Of a stretch of 64,000 nucleotides of DNA, positions 36,300-49,019 are shown in pieces; positions within the stretch are counted from its first letter, which is position 1, and every line of letters begins with the position of its first letter. The stretch comes from Psilocybe cubensis (taxonomy: Eukaryota): contig CM038998.1 in NCBI GenBank assembly GCA_017499595.2, positions 124,001 to 188,000 of the forward strand, in the 5' to 3' direction. A program made the position numbers and the translations under genes. The notes below the pieces were generated by a model. The model made no database searches. It saw nothing but the letters and a program-made list of their open reading frames with translations, and had not been told where the DNA came from.

Positions 36300-39200
36300 A
36301 TGTCTGGATTTGGACATGACGCGGACGATCAAGTCAGCTCGCGTTTAATCGCCACCAGTAGGTTTGTATATTCTTACTCGAGTCATGTTTCAAAGTGTTT
36401 ACCACCTCTGACGGAGAACCACGTTGTAGTGCTCTCATGAAGAGCTTGAATTTGGACGAAGAGGTTGCCTACTGTCGCGATTTACTCGCTCAATATCCTC
36501 CTGGACATCCAGATCGATTCGATCCACTCAGGGATCTGGCAGGAGTCCTTTCTCTGCGATTTGAAGACTTAGGCGTTTTGAAGGACTTGGACGAAGCAAT
36601 CATATGCTACGAAGATGCTCTCAATATTCTCCCACCTGATCACAGTGACGGTGGCGCTGTCATATTTGACGCTGCAACTGCTCTTCAATATCGGTATAAC
36701 AAACTTGGCTTCATCGAGGACCTGGATCTTTCAATATCACGTTACCGCGATTGCGTCCGTTTATGCCCTAGTGGTCATCTATATCGTCCATGGTCTCTTC
36801 ACAATCTTGCACTCGTTCTACAGAAACGCTACGAACGCCAAGGAGGCATAAATGATCTAGAGGAAGCGATCCTATATAATCGCGAAGCTCTTGAACTCCG
36901 ACCACCTGGTCATCCATATCGTGAAAGGTCTCTCCATAACCTTTCTGTTGCTCTGCAGAACCGCTACGAGCAGAAGGGGTCCATGGATGATCTGGAAGAT
37001 GGCATCAAATATAACCGTGAACTGCTTGGTCTTCTTCCTAATGGCCATCCAAACCAGCTAAGGTCTATCAATAATCTGGCTATCGCCTATGAAGCTCGTC
37101 ATCACCATTTTGGGGCAGTAGACGACTTGCACGCAGCTATATTCTTGCACCGTGAGTCGCTTGCTCTCCGTCCTCCTGGACATGAACATAGGTCCACATC
37201 TCTCACGAACCTTGCCAATGTTCTTCGAACTCGTTATTTTGTCAATGGAAACGTGGAGGATTTAGAAAGTGCTATATCATATAATCGTGAATCGTTATAT
37301 CTCCGTCCTACTGGTCACCCAGGTCGTGCAGCATCTCTCAATAATCTCGCTAATGTTCTTTGTACTCGTTATCAAATTCAGGGATCCATTGATGACTTGG
37401 AAGTGGCAATTTCATTGCACCGTGAATCACTTACTCTTCAGTCACCTGGTCATCCAGATCGTCCAAAGTGTTTATGCAATCTAGCCAATGCGTTGGAGAC
37501 TCGCTACCTAAAGCGTGGAGCTGTTGAAGACCTAGAAGAGTGTATTTTGTGTCACCGTGAATCTCTTTCGCTGCGTCCCCTCGGTCACCCCGACAGGTCA
37601 GATTCTCTCCAGAACCTTGGTGCCGCTCTTCACAACCGTTATGAAAATGGAAATAAAGGATCTAAAGAAGACCTCGAAGAAGCTATCTTATTGAATCGCG
37701 AAGCACTCGCTCACTGTCCTCCGAGCCATTTTAGACGCTCCTCATCTCTCGGCAATTTAGCTATGACGCTTGAAACTCGATACGAGACAGAAGGTGCATT
37801 GACAGACCTGGAGGAGGCCATCGCACTGTATCGTGAATCACTTGGTATCCGTCCCCCTGGTCATCCAGATCGATCATCATCCCTGCTCCACCTTGCTTAT
37901 TTCCTTGGGCGCAGATTCATCCACTCACAGAATCCAGACGACGTTCAAGAAAGCTTTCGGTTGTACGCAGAAGCAGCCACCGATGCTACATCTTTTCTGC
38001 CGCATCGACTTGAGTCCGCCATCGGTTGGATGGAACAAGCGCGTGTCTATCAACATGATTCGCTCCTTGAATCCTGCAGAGCTGCATTGCATCTCCTCAA
38101 CCGCTCGCTAATTAATCGGGGAGATGTTGAATCTCAACAACGGTTCCTCGCCACTACCATTGTTCCAAAATATCTGGCTTCCGATGCAGCTGCGAGCGTA
38201 ATCAGCATAGGAAACTTACAAGCAACGGTGGAACTTCTTGAACAAGGGCGTGCAATATTATGGTCCAAAGTCAGTGCCTACAAGGATCCACTGGAAGACC
38301 TCCGTCAAGTAGACGAGGGAATAGAGCTTGCTGATCGTCTGGAATCGATTAATTCCCAACTTGAAAGGCTTATTTTGAAGTCTCAGGGATCCACTTTGGA
38401 AACCCAAAACTCCTCTTGGGAAACCGTTTTGGACACTCAAATGCGAAGGCATCGCATTCTCTCGGAAGAATGGGAGCAAGTAGTGGATGAAATACGCCAA
38501 CTCGAAGGATTTGAGAATTTTTTACAAACTCCTCCATACGCAACCCTTCAAACAGTGGCCTCAGAGGGCCCGGTAATACTGGTTAACATCAGCGTTCATC
38601 GTTGTGATGCAGTGATTCTCGTCCGTGGCGGTACTCCGGTTCTTGTTCCACTTCCGCATGTCGACCGTATGTACCTCATTGACCAGGCTGGCAAGCTTCG
38701 TTCCCCCACTGAGAATGTCAGGATGCTGCGGGAATTATGGGACACAATTGTTTCGCCTGTCATCGATCGATTAGGTGATTTAGGGGTTCCACATAAGTCG
38801 CGTATATGGTGGTGTCCAACTTCCGAGCTGTGTACTTTGCCTATTCACGCCGCGGGTTCATACAGGCGTGGAGCTAAAAATCTACCTGACATCTACATAT
38901 CCTCATACACCTCCACATTGTTCTCACTGATAAAAGCAAGAATAAACATAGACCAGTTACCCCGAATTCCAAAGCTCCTCCTGGTCTGTAATCCTGGAAA
39001 AGATCTACTCAAAGTGTATGACGAAGTTGCAGTGATTCAACAGCACGGAGATCATATCAGCCTTTTACTGCAATCAAGAGCGACCTGTAGAAACGTTCTC
39101 TCGCGTCTGAAAGAGCACACATGGGTCCATTTTGCTTGTCACGGAAATCTAGGAGACGAAAATCAGCCATTCCGCGCTTCATTCAAGCTCTACGATAAGC

Positions 39201-39547
39201 GCCTCACACTTCTCGACTTGATGCGGGCAAAGTTACCCAATGCAGAACTGGCCTTTCTTTCTGCCTGTCATAGCGCAGCAGGCGACTCTCATACACCCAA
39301 CGAGAACATTCACTTATCAGCGGCGCTGCAATTCTGCGGGTTCCGAAGTGTGGTGGGAACGCTATGGGAGATGCACGACGAGGATGGCCCTACCATATCA
39401 AAAGGGTTCTATGACTACATGTTCCGGAATGGACCCATGGCTGATTTCAAGGACTCAGCAGAAGCATTGAATGTCGCTGTTCGGACAATGCGGAAGAATG
39501 GGGTTCCACTTGAAAGATGGATAATGTTTGTGCACATTGGGGCATGA
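36300..39547 (+). CDS. TPR-repeat + CHAT (caspase/HetF-like) protease
   Basis: About 11 repeats of ~44 aa (PPGHP.R..SL.NLA..L..RY..G..DDLEEAI); CHAT motifs RIWWCPT..LPIHAAG, VHFACHG (catalytic H), AFLSAC (catalytic C), GFRSVVGTLW, W..FVHIGA. Short first exon from ATG 36300 with intron 36358-36416 is inferred. Confidence 0.93.
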
Positions 39548-39727
39548 AAGCGTATCATATATCTGAAAGGCAAATTGTATGAGGAAGTTTACTGCCTCCT
39601 GCCGTTTATGTCTTCAGTCCTGCTGTGGGTCACAATCAGAGTCGATAGCCAAGCCTCCAAAGGGGGCTTAATACTTTAAGAAAGCTGTTTGCAGTAGGAT
39701 ACTGTGTAATAATGCCATTAACGATAA

Positions 39728-39838
39728 GGCGCTATAGCTAAGTGGTTAAAGCGACAGATTAGAATCTACTGCGAGTTCTTTGGAAATAACTATATCTGTT
39801 CCTCTTTGAGGGCGCAGGTTCAAATCCTGCTGGCGTCG
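39728..39838 (+). tRNA. tRNA-Ser (AGA) with ~29 nt intron (39765-39793)
   Basis: Acceptor GGCGCTA/TGGCGTC, D-arm GCTAAGTGGTTAAAGC, anticodon arm ACAGA-TT-AGA-A..A-TCTGT, long variable arm, T-loop GGTTCAAATCC, downstream T-run Pol III terminator. Confidence 0.92.
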
Positions 39839-40078
39839 TTCGACTTTTTTGTTGAGGACTTTTTGTCAATCCACGAGTTGCAATGAAGTAGTCTTGATCG
39901 TTTCTGTCAAACGCATGTTGCCGAGTAGAACAATAAGCAAAAAAGAAACATTCTATTCATTTTCCACTTTTGTCTCCTCCGCCATTAGCAATTCTATTCG
40001 TCCTCCCTACAAAGCACAGATGACACAACGCAACCGACACACGGTCCAATATTCTATGCAAAGATCTTTTTTGTTATT

Positions 40079-42545
40079 TTACTGCGCCTCCATCATCTCC
40101 TCTGGAACGGCACCTCCTCCACCGGCACCTGCGCCTCCACCTTCCTGGTCTTTGCGTACGGCTTGGACGACGTCGTCGACGCGGAGCAGCATGCGTGCGG
40201 CCTGGAAAGAAAAAAGAAAGGGATGGTTAGATGTGTATGTTTGAAAATGCAGAGGTTGGGAGGGTAGGCGTTACCTCGATGGCAGTTTTGAGGGTTTGGA
40301 TCTAGAGATAATATGCGTTGGTAAAAGGGGGAAGAATACGAAGGTCAAGGCGTGAGACGGACCTTGACGCTGGCGGACTCGTATAGCCCGTATTCCTTCA
40401 TATCAACGATCTTGCCTGTATCGCCGTTGACGCCCCACGAATGTTCGCCGTTCGCATGTTTAGCCTATCAAATAAACAAGTTAAACACATTTCCAGAGTA
40501 GAACATAGATGAAACAACGAAAAAACGCACCCTAAGCTCCGTCAACGCCCTCACAACATTGCCACCCGCATTCTGAATCAACACGCGCGGGATAACCTCC
40601 AGCGCCTCCGCCACCGCGCGGAACGCCGCCGCCTCCTGGCCCTTGCCCGTCCCGCCCACGCTCTTCGCGCGCTTATGCAGCTCAGCGCTGACCGCCATCT
40701 CCGTTGCCCCGCCTCCAGGGCACAGAATCGGGTTGAGGACAGCGTTACGAGCGACGGACATGGCGTCTGCCAGGTTCCTGTCGATTTCGTTGAGAATGTC
40801 TTTCGAGGGTCCGCGCAGGAGGACAGTGCATGCTTTTGGCGAGCGGCATTCCGTGAGGAATGTGAAGTACCTGGAAAGGGAGGGAAGGGAGGGTTAGATT
40901 AAAATGAGGTATTACTCTATGGATTGAAAGATACGTACTCGTCGCCGATCTTTTCGATTTTGAACAATCCGCATCCTTCGCCGACGTCGCTCTCCCTGAT
41001 GTCCTCGATGCGGTTGACGATGGTGGCGCCGACAGCGAGGGCGATACGGTTATTGTCCGACTTGCGCACGCGGCGAAGGGCAGTAACGTTATTTTGCACA
41101 AACACATGCTGCGCGAGGTCTGCGCGAAAGGATGGCAACATTCAGACCTGGAACTCAAAACATTGAAGAAAAAAAAAAACACGCACCCGAAACACCCTTC
41201 TCCGTGATCACCAAATCCGGCTTGAGCTCAATCAAGCGTTCACACAACCTCTTAACCTGCTCCTCTTCAATCTCCTGCGCACGTGCCCAATCTCCCTCCT
41301 TCGAAAACTCCATATTCGTCTGCGACTCTCCCTTCTTATACTCAAGCGGACAATCAAGGAGAATGATCCTTGGGTTCACAATGTGCCGCCGCATGTGCGG
41401 GTGCGTGACGTCCTTGTTGAGCAGCACGCCATTAAGCACGCGCGAGTCCTCGATCTCGCCGCCCGGGATCTTCTCCACGCGCGCGTAGCGCTTGATGTCG
41501 ACGATGGTGTTGGGCCCCTCGGTGAGAGTCACGGTGCGCACCGCTCGGAGCGCGAGCTGGCACATGAGGTCGCTCCATCGCTTGACGAATTTGGTGCCGA
41601 TGGAGGTTTTGATCAGGGAGAGCATCTCGGTGTCGGAGGAGGTGGAGATGGGGATTGAGATGGATTTGATTGTGCTGAGGGCGGAGGAGAGGGCGGAGGA
41701 ATAGGCGGAGATGATGACGACTGGGTGAATATCGCGCGTCAGGAGTGAAAGCGAGTGCGCGAGAATTTCTCCGGCTGTGAAGTGTATAAGTAAGTACAAA
41801 GTGTAGGTTTTTTATCAAATCCAACGCACCGAGGATGATCACACTCGTGGTACCGTCGCCACATTCCTCATCCTGCGTCCGACTCAGCTCGAGCATGTTC
41901 TTCGCAGCCGGGTGCGCGACGTCAATCTCGCGAAGGATAGCGTTACCGTCATTTGTCAGTCTGTGTAGAGTGTGATCATGCTGTTGTCAATGGATGGATA
42001 ATGTAAAGGAAAAGAAATACGCACAGAATACCTCCCATCGGGTCGAGGATCATTTTGAGCATCGCTTTGGGCCCCAGACACGTCCTGATCACGTCGGCTA
42101 CCGTCTACATTATGCATAGTCGTTGAGACCGTAAATTTTTCATCATATACATCCGTCAGCTGGCTTCCATTGAAGATGAAGAGAGTCAACGCACCTTGGC
42201 CGCGGTGATATTCGATATCTGTGCTTTGCGACCCGACTGGCGTTCGGGCGCGGTATCTGGGGTTGGTGAAGTTCATACACCACGGTGCATCGCAATATCG
42301 TGGATTGAATGTTTGGATTTATAATGTGGATGTTCATGTCGAGTGTTGGAGAAGCAAATTGCATGCACGACCGCGGTGGATTAGATACGTGATTTTGGTG
42401 ATTTGCGAAAAGAGGAGGCAACAAAGTGCAATACAATGTCGTGTAAATAGTTGAATTGGGGCGTGTAAAGAGTACTAGTCAGACAAGATAAAGCAGAAAA
42501 AGAGAAACAAAACGCACTCATAACGAATACGGGGGTCTGCGACAT
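40079..42545 (-). CDS. CCT3: T-complex protein 1 subunit gamma (chaperonin CCT/TRiC)
   Basis: MSQTPVFVM start; [74 protein letters not shown] across many exons. Confidence 0.96.
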
Positions 42546-43179
42546 CTTGGAGAACTACGATCTAATTCGATCTTTTCTTCCTTCTTCCTTGATTCGTTGA
42601 TTTTCTTCTTAATTCAGGGTGCTATGTGTCAGCGTTCCAATTCGCAACGCTTCCTGTAGGCGCGACCCGAAAGCAAAGCTGTAGGGAGACGAGACGAGAC
42701 AAGAATCAGAATCAGAATCTTTGCAGCCAGTGCGACGCGTTTTGCGTATTAGTCAGCCAGTGACGCCGATGAGATTACGTCCAGATTTGGAAGGTTGTTC
42801 GCGCGCTCGGGCCATGCAACTCAGCGCTTGCGATGGAACTCCCATGAGGCCCCGGCGGGAGCTCACCCATAGGTATATCCGCCTGGCATCCAACTCGTGT
42901 CATTCATTCCGGAGTAATATGTGCTGCATTGCTACTATCTTGATTGCGCTTCTCGGATGGCACTAGACCGATGTCATCTAAATTAATCGCACAAAAACGA
43001 CAATGCAACGTGTTGGTGAAACGAGAGCTGCCTGGACGAATGCCTACACAACGGAGCCCACTCCAAAGCTACTTGGCTAGCCAGTACATACTAATTCTAC
43101 GTTTCTGATTGTTATATACGTCTGTGAACAACATACGTAAAGTTGAGCATCCGACTGTCGTCCTTCAGTTATCCAGACA

Positions 43180-44196
43180 ATGGCACCCGAAAAATCATCT
43201 ACATATGTTATACTGTCAGTAACGCATCATTAGTACCATTGAGCTTGGACTAACCGCGACATCTTTTTCAGCGTAATGGGGTCTACTGGCGCAGGAAAAA
43301 GCACTGTAAACTTTGTGCCTGATTCAACATATTTGATTGATGAATTAAACAGTTCGCCAGTTTGTAAACGCCGTTAGCGGGAAAGCCCAAGCGACCGTAG
43401 GCCATGAAATCGACGCCTGTACAAAAAATGTTCAAGAAGTCACAATCGATGATCCAGATATATTGAAATCAATGTACCCGCAGAATGCGCGCCTACACAT
43501 CGTCGATACGCCTGGGTTTGATAGCTGCACGAAGGATGACGAGGAAAATCTCAAAACGATTGAAAAATGGCTGAAAGAATCGTAAGCTTTCACTGATCTA
43601 CTTCGATAGAGAAGTTAATTGTTTCAAGGTACGGTCTGGATGCCTTACTCGGTATCATATATCTTCAGGACATTTCCCTCGCCCGCTGTAACGGGACCGC
43701 GAAACGAAACTTGCAGATGTTTAAAAATCTCTGTGGCAAAAAAGCTCTCCGAAATGTCGTATTCGGATTGACGAAGGGAGGTCGCGTCAATGATCCAGAG
43801 CTGCTGAAGACGCGTACGGAGTCCTTCAAGCACACAGAAGGTCGCCACACAAAAGGCGAAGGGGTCGAAGCTGAAGTCTTCCATGTTCCAGATGTCAATT
43901 CCACAGAGCACTCCAGGAAGGTCGTTACACATTTGCTAACCTGCTATTGCAGGAGCATTGTTCTGCATATACAGAACGAGTTCATCCAGAAGAGAATACC
44001 TGTCCCTAACATCAAGGCAGGTCAAGAGCTTTCCATGACCATTAAACAACTTCTCGATGCCCAAAAACGATACTCACAATTCTCGACTGCAACTAACCTT
44101 GAAGAAGCTAGGCAGGCGACAAATAGCTTATCCACGCAGTTGAAGAAATTAAAAGTTCCCCTCAGCAAACGCATTCTTCGATTTTTTGGATTTTGA
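43180..44196 (+). CDS. AIG1/GIMAP-like (TRAFAC) P-loop GTPase, copy 1
   Basis: VMGSTGAGKST micro-exon 43272-43305; VGHEIDACT; IVDTPGFD; GIIYLQDIS; C-terminal coiled coil and LKVPLSKRILRFFGF. Confidence 0.9.
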
Positions 44197-44616
44197 ACTG
44201 TCGTCGAGTACTATAACTTTATTCGAATAGAAACTTTTGCTATACCCACCTAAGTAAAAGCAATCTTCCTTTTTTCCGTGCCTTGGATCTCTTCTATACA
44301 ATCAGGTTTATTACTGCCGATTTTTTCGACCTATGTTTAACCGTCTATCCTCTCAATACTGGTGTGCTCAACCACGTTGTCAGTGACATCCGATTAGATC
44401 CCACCTCACTATCGGTGAGTCTCCCCGGTCCATCCTCAATGCAATCGCGTGTCGTGACATCTTCGATACGATCTCATTGGCTTTAATTACAAGCTGCTTC
44501 ATACATATCACCCATCTATTCCATATGTTTCTGATAAAGACTCCACTTCATTGAATCCGCTCATCGAACCCTTTTCTCAACACACTTGGCCTACCTGTGC
44601 AGTGACGTCCTTGGAG

Positions 44617-46283
44617 ATGGATATTCTAATACTGTTGGTGTAACTCCGCTATATTTCTTCATGGATACACTAACAGAGAAGATCCAGCGTTGTCGGTGAA
44701 ACTGGTTGCGGAAAAAGCACTGTGAGTCTATCCACTCTGTCAGAATCGCGAACCTTTGTCTCACATACAACATATAGCTTATCAATTTAATCACCGGGAC
44801 TGATACCATGGAAGTCGATGACTGCCCCGAATCTTGCACCATGATAATCAAGAAAGTCGTGGTCAACGCGACCATCATGAAACAATTTCCACAATTTAAT
44901 GGACACCGCGTCCTTCTGGTCGACACGCCTGGTTTCAACAGAACGGAAGCAAGCGATAGCGAGACGTTAGTGCAAATAAAAGACTGGTTTACAGGTCTGT
45001 GAGTACTCTGCAACTCCGGAACGCAGTAAACTCACTCCTTTCAAGGCCTAATGGTTGCGAGCTTGGAGGAGTTATATTCCTGCACGACATATCAAACGAT
45101 CGAGTCACAGGGATTAATTTCGTAGGAGACTCCATAAGCAGGGAATTTGCAACCCTTAGCGTCGTCCTAGGGTTTACCAAAGGGGCAAAGATTTCATCAC
45201 AGAAGATTACGCATAGAATCGATAACTTAAAAGAAGGATATTGGAAGGATGTGATTGTTAACGGGGCGATTGTCGAGAGGATCGATCACCGCAACGACTC
45301 GGAGAGTGCGAGAGCTGTGATACAAGCAATATTGAGAGCATACCGTAGGTTTTTGTTTGACCCCTGCGAAGTTGAGCATAATCGGCTAACTTGTATTAAA
45401 TTAATAGTCGACAAGTGTGCCCGAAAGATAGTAATACCGTGAGTGGATTTTGTGTGCATTCTTGGCCTGAATCGCTTCCATGATGTACATTAACTTTTTC
45501 GTTTAGAGTTGTAGGCATGGCAGGCGCTGGAAAAAGTACCGTGAGCTCTCTCATTCTATTGTCGACCTACATCTCTCGCGATGGTTCTAAAATATATATT
45601 ACTAGCTTATCAACACAATTCTTGAAACACAGAATGCGGAGGTCAGACGCGACAATGGTAAAACATGTACAAGGGAAACCAAAGATTATACGAGCAATAA
45701 TATCTTCTGGTACCACAGAAGCTGTATAATTCACAGTGTGGTTTTTGTGGACACTCCTGGTTTTGTTGACCCCATCGCCTTTGATGCGACTGTACACAGC
45801 AAAAGCACAGAACATGCTGACAAATTGTACGTCTCCGACCCATTGTCTTCTTTACTGTCTTAATTGATACCAAAAAAAATTAGAGCCGCTGCTGGGTTTG
45901 ATTTCGGGGGCGTTATATACGTCCATGACCTCACTTCGGAAAACGTTCCAGATGCCTGGAGCATTTTCCTCTACTTATTCGAGAAGTATAAATCCAGGGG
46001 CGCGAGTAATATTGCGATCGTAGCCACAAAAGGAGGAAACTTGCGCGATACTGCGACTTCAACACAGCGGTTGAAGACGTTGGAGAAAAATCAATGGAAA
46101 CAATTCATTCTGCGAAATAGCCAGGTTTTTGAGGTAGAGAAACTAGGCCACCCTTCAATCCAGGCGCGCGAAATAGTCGATGCAATTCTGGAGCGCTACC
46201 AGCCCACTAGGAAAAGTAGTACGGATAATGGGTCCACAAGTCTATGGGCTTGGTTAGTAAGCCTTCTGATGATTAAAATTTAG
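44617..46283 (+). CDS. Tandem double-domain AIG1/GIMAP-like GTPase, copy 2
   Basis: Domain 1 VGETGCGKST, LVDTPGFN, GGVIFLHDIS; domain 2 VGMAGAGKST, FVDTPGF, GGVIYVHDL; no stop between domains after splicing; C-term LWAWLVSLLMIKI. Start uncertain. Confidence 0.8.
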
Positions 46284-46452
46284 AGAAATACGTTTCTGTA
46301 GGTCAGGTTGATGCACCGTTAATTTTCATTATACCGCGCTGGATGCGAGTCTATTTTGAACATGGTTCGTTGGTATAGGATATTTTGATATTCAGCATCT
46401 ATGCTTTGCGGCCTTTCTGACGTTCGGGCGCTCACGCTGAGTTTCGTGGATG

Positions 46453-46862
46453 CAAATTGTAAGCGCGACCGCGATTGATTAGAAGCGGGATATTGGTGAG
46501 TTGCAAGAAGAGGAGGCGAGTTGCCGTACATTGTCGTGTGAATAGTTGGATTGGGAGTGTAGAGAATACTAGGCAGTCAGGGTAAAGCAGAAAAATAAAA
46601 GTGAAACACACTCATAACGAATACGACGAGTCGATTCGATCTTTTCTTCTTTCTTTCCAGATTCAGTGATTTCTTCTGGATTAAGGGTGCCAGGTGTCAG
46701 CCAGGAAGCAAAGCTGAAGGGAGACGAGACAAGAATCAGAATCGGAATCTTTGCGCTGTACAGCCAGTGCGACGCGTTTTGCGTATTACTATTAGTCAGC
46801 CAGTGACGACGTTGAGATTACGTCCGGATTTAGTATGTTGCTCTCGGGCTCGGGCCATGCAA
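46453..46862. pseudogene. Duplicated CCT3 5' end/first intron/promoter (start codon deleted); marks a ~4.1 kb tandem duplication
   Basis: Homologous to 42355-42819 (shared actcataacgaatacg, gagacgagacaagaatcagaatc, cagccagtgcgacgcgttttgcgtatta, gctcgggccatgcaa). Confidence 0.85.
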
Positions 46863-47413
46863 TGGTAAAGCGTTTGCAACTCCAAACGTCTCTTGGTCTC
46901 GAATCCAAACATTCTATCTCTCAGCGCGGGTTTTGATCTAACTGGGTTGCTCCAGTTTATAGTATCTTCCCTTTTGGTTCTCGGTTCACGCTTCCGGCCA
47001 AACGCATTGTGACAGTGGCACGGTGATTGACACAGATTTAGGCCACTGCAGCGTACAACTCTCTATATCTGAGATATACAAACTTCTTCTGCCTAAATAG
47101 CATGGTAAGGCTCAAGGGGCCGGTGGTCTAGGCATAACTGACACAGCGACTCGTGTTATTCATTCCGGACTAGCATGTGTTGTATTAATATCCTCTTCAC
47201 AGATGAATCGATTGCGGATTATGCATGTTGACATCCAATTGAATCGCAAAAACGATGCCGCATCGTGTTTCTGAAATGGGACCAATGCTTACACCGCGGC
47301 GACCACCCCAAAGTCGTTTCTCCAGCTGTCACACCACAGTCGCGTCTTTTGTCATTATATACGTCTGTGGAAAGCACTATACTGTTCGCACATCATCTTT
47401 AACTGTCTGAACA

Positions 47414-48422
47414 ATGACATCCAACCAATCGCGCACACTTGTCATACTGTTAGTAAGAATTCATTGACGCCATTGGGTTTGGACTGACCACTCAATCTCA
47501 GAGTGATGGGGTCGACTGGGGCGGGGAAAAGCACCGTAAGAGTTTTGCCTCATTCACATTATCTGACCGAATAAATCAACATTTTTCAAGTTCATTAACG
47601 CTGTCAGCGGAAAGACCAATGCTACCGTAGGGCATGATATGCAATCATGTACTGTGCATATTCAGGAAGTACAAATTACGGACCCCGAAATAACGGGTAT
47701 CGTTGCTATACCCAATCCATCCTTGCTTATCATCGATACGCCTGGTTTTGATGACACCAAAAAGGACGACGTGGTAATTCTCACCAGGATTGCGAAATGG
47801 CTCAAAAAATCGTAAGCTTTGAACTCACCGCGCTCCTATCAAAATTCTGATTATTTCAAGGCACGGTATACACTCTTTAGTCGGCGTTATATATCTTCAC
47901 GACATTTCCCTCGACCGCTTCACCGGCACAGCGAAACGAAACTTGGACATGTTTCAAAAGCTCTGTGGAAAAAAAGCCTTCAAAAATGTCGCAATCGGAA
48001 TGACGAAAGGAAGTCGCGTCAACGATTCTGGGGCATTGCAAAGACGCACCGAATCGCTGAAGCGCACACAGTGGAACCATATGATAGCAGAAGGCGTTAC
48101 AGTTTTTTCTATTCCTGAAAAGGACTCTAGGGAGGACTCCAGGAAGGTCGTAAAACATTTGCTGTCCAATTACAGTCAGAGCACCGTGCTCCAGATACAG
48201 GACGAGTTGATCAAGAAGAAGTTACTTGTACCTAATACCGAAGCTGGCCTAGAGCTTTCCGCTACCATCAAGCGACTCATTGACGCCCACAAGCAGTACA
48301 CTCAATTTAGTACTGCATCTAACCTCGAAGAGGCTAAACGGGAAATCGAGAGGTTATCCAAGCAGCTGAAGGAATTGAAAATTCCCCTCTCCAAGCGCAT
48401 TATGAGGTTTTTTGGGTTTTGA
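47414..48422 (+). CDS. AIG1/GIMAP-like GTPase, copy 3 (paralog of copy 1)
   Basis: VMGSTGAGKST, VGHDMQSCT, IIDTPGFDDT, GVIYLHDISLDRFTGTAKRNL, C-term LKIPLSKRIMRFFGF. Confidence 0.92.
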
Positions 48423-49019
48423 GGTATTTTACCCTTCATTTCGGTTTCGTAAGATCTGCACGTGTAGCAAAGCCTTCATTAAAATATTACTATAGTTTGT
48501 AAGAAAAACCTGCATACATTTTCATATCTTTATCCAACCTCGTTCAGCTACAGGCCACTTGATAAATACTCAAATTGGATATATTTGGCAGGTAATCGAT
48601 CTGTTTTTGATGTTCGCCATCGGTCGGAGAAACGCGTTAATCCACATGCTAAATCAGTAGTTGAGGCGTTGAGAATCCTCAAAGGAGGTAGGTCTGTTTC
48701 ACTCACCCTTTCCTGACAAGATTACCCCAGCTGGTAAATACAAACTAGAGACTATCTCGTGGTATCACCGTTAAACCTCGAGATTTGACCACATGCCCTT
48801 CGATGCGAAGTAACGAAGAGTATTATTGGCGTTTGATTGTAACACTCATCATCCTGAGGTAGCCGTGAATTTAAAATGGCGGTAGCAGTGCTTTGATGAA
48901 ATCATTCGCTCTTCATCGTCTCCCGTCGACCTATAATAGGTGTCTACCTCTGCAAACCCGCCTCCAGCATTCGGAAAACATTTATCGCTACTTTTGTCTA
49001 CTTGTAGCCTTCTTGCGAG

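Noticed and set aside
46850-46915. tRNA-like words (TGGTAAAGCG..TCGAATCC)
   Set aside because: I could not fold a cloverleaf with an acceptor stem; at most a degenerate remnant.
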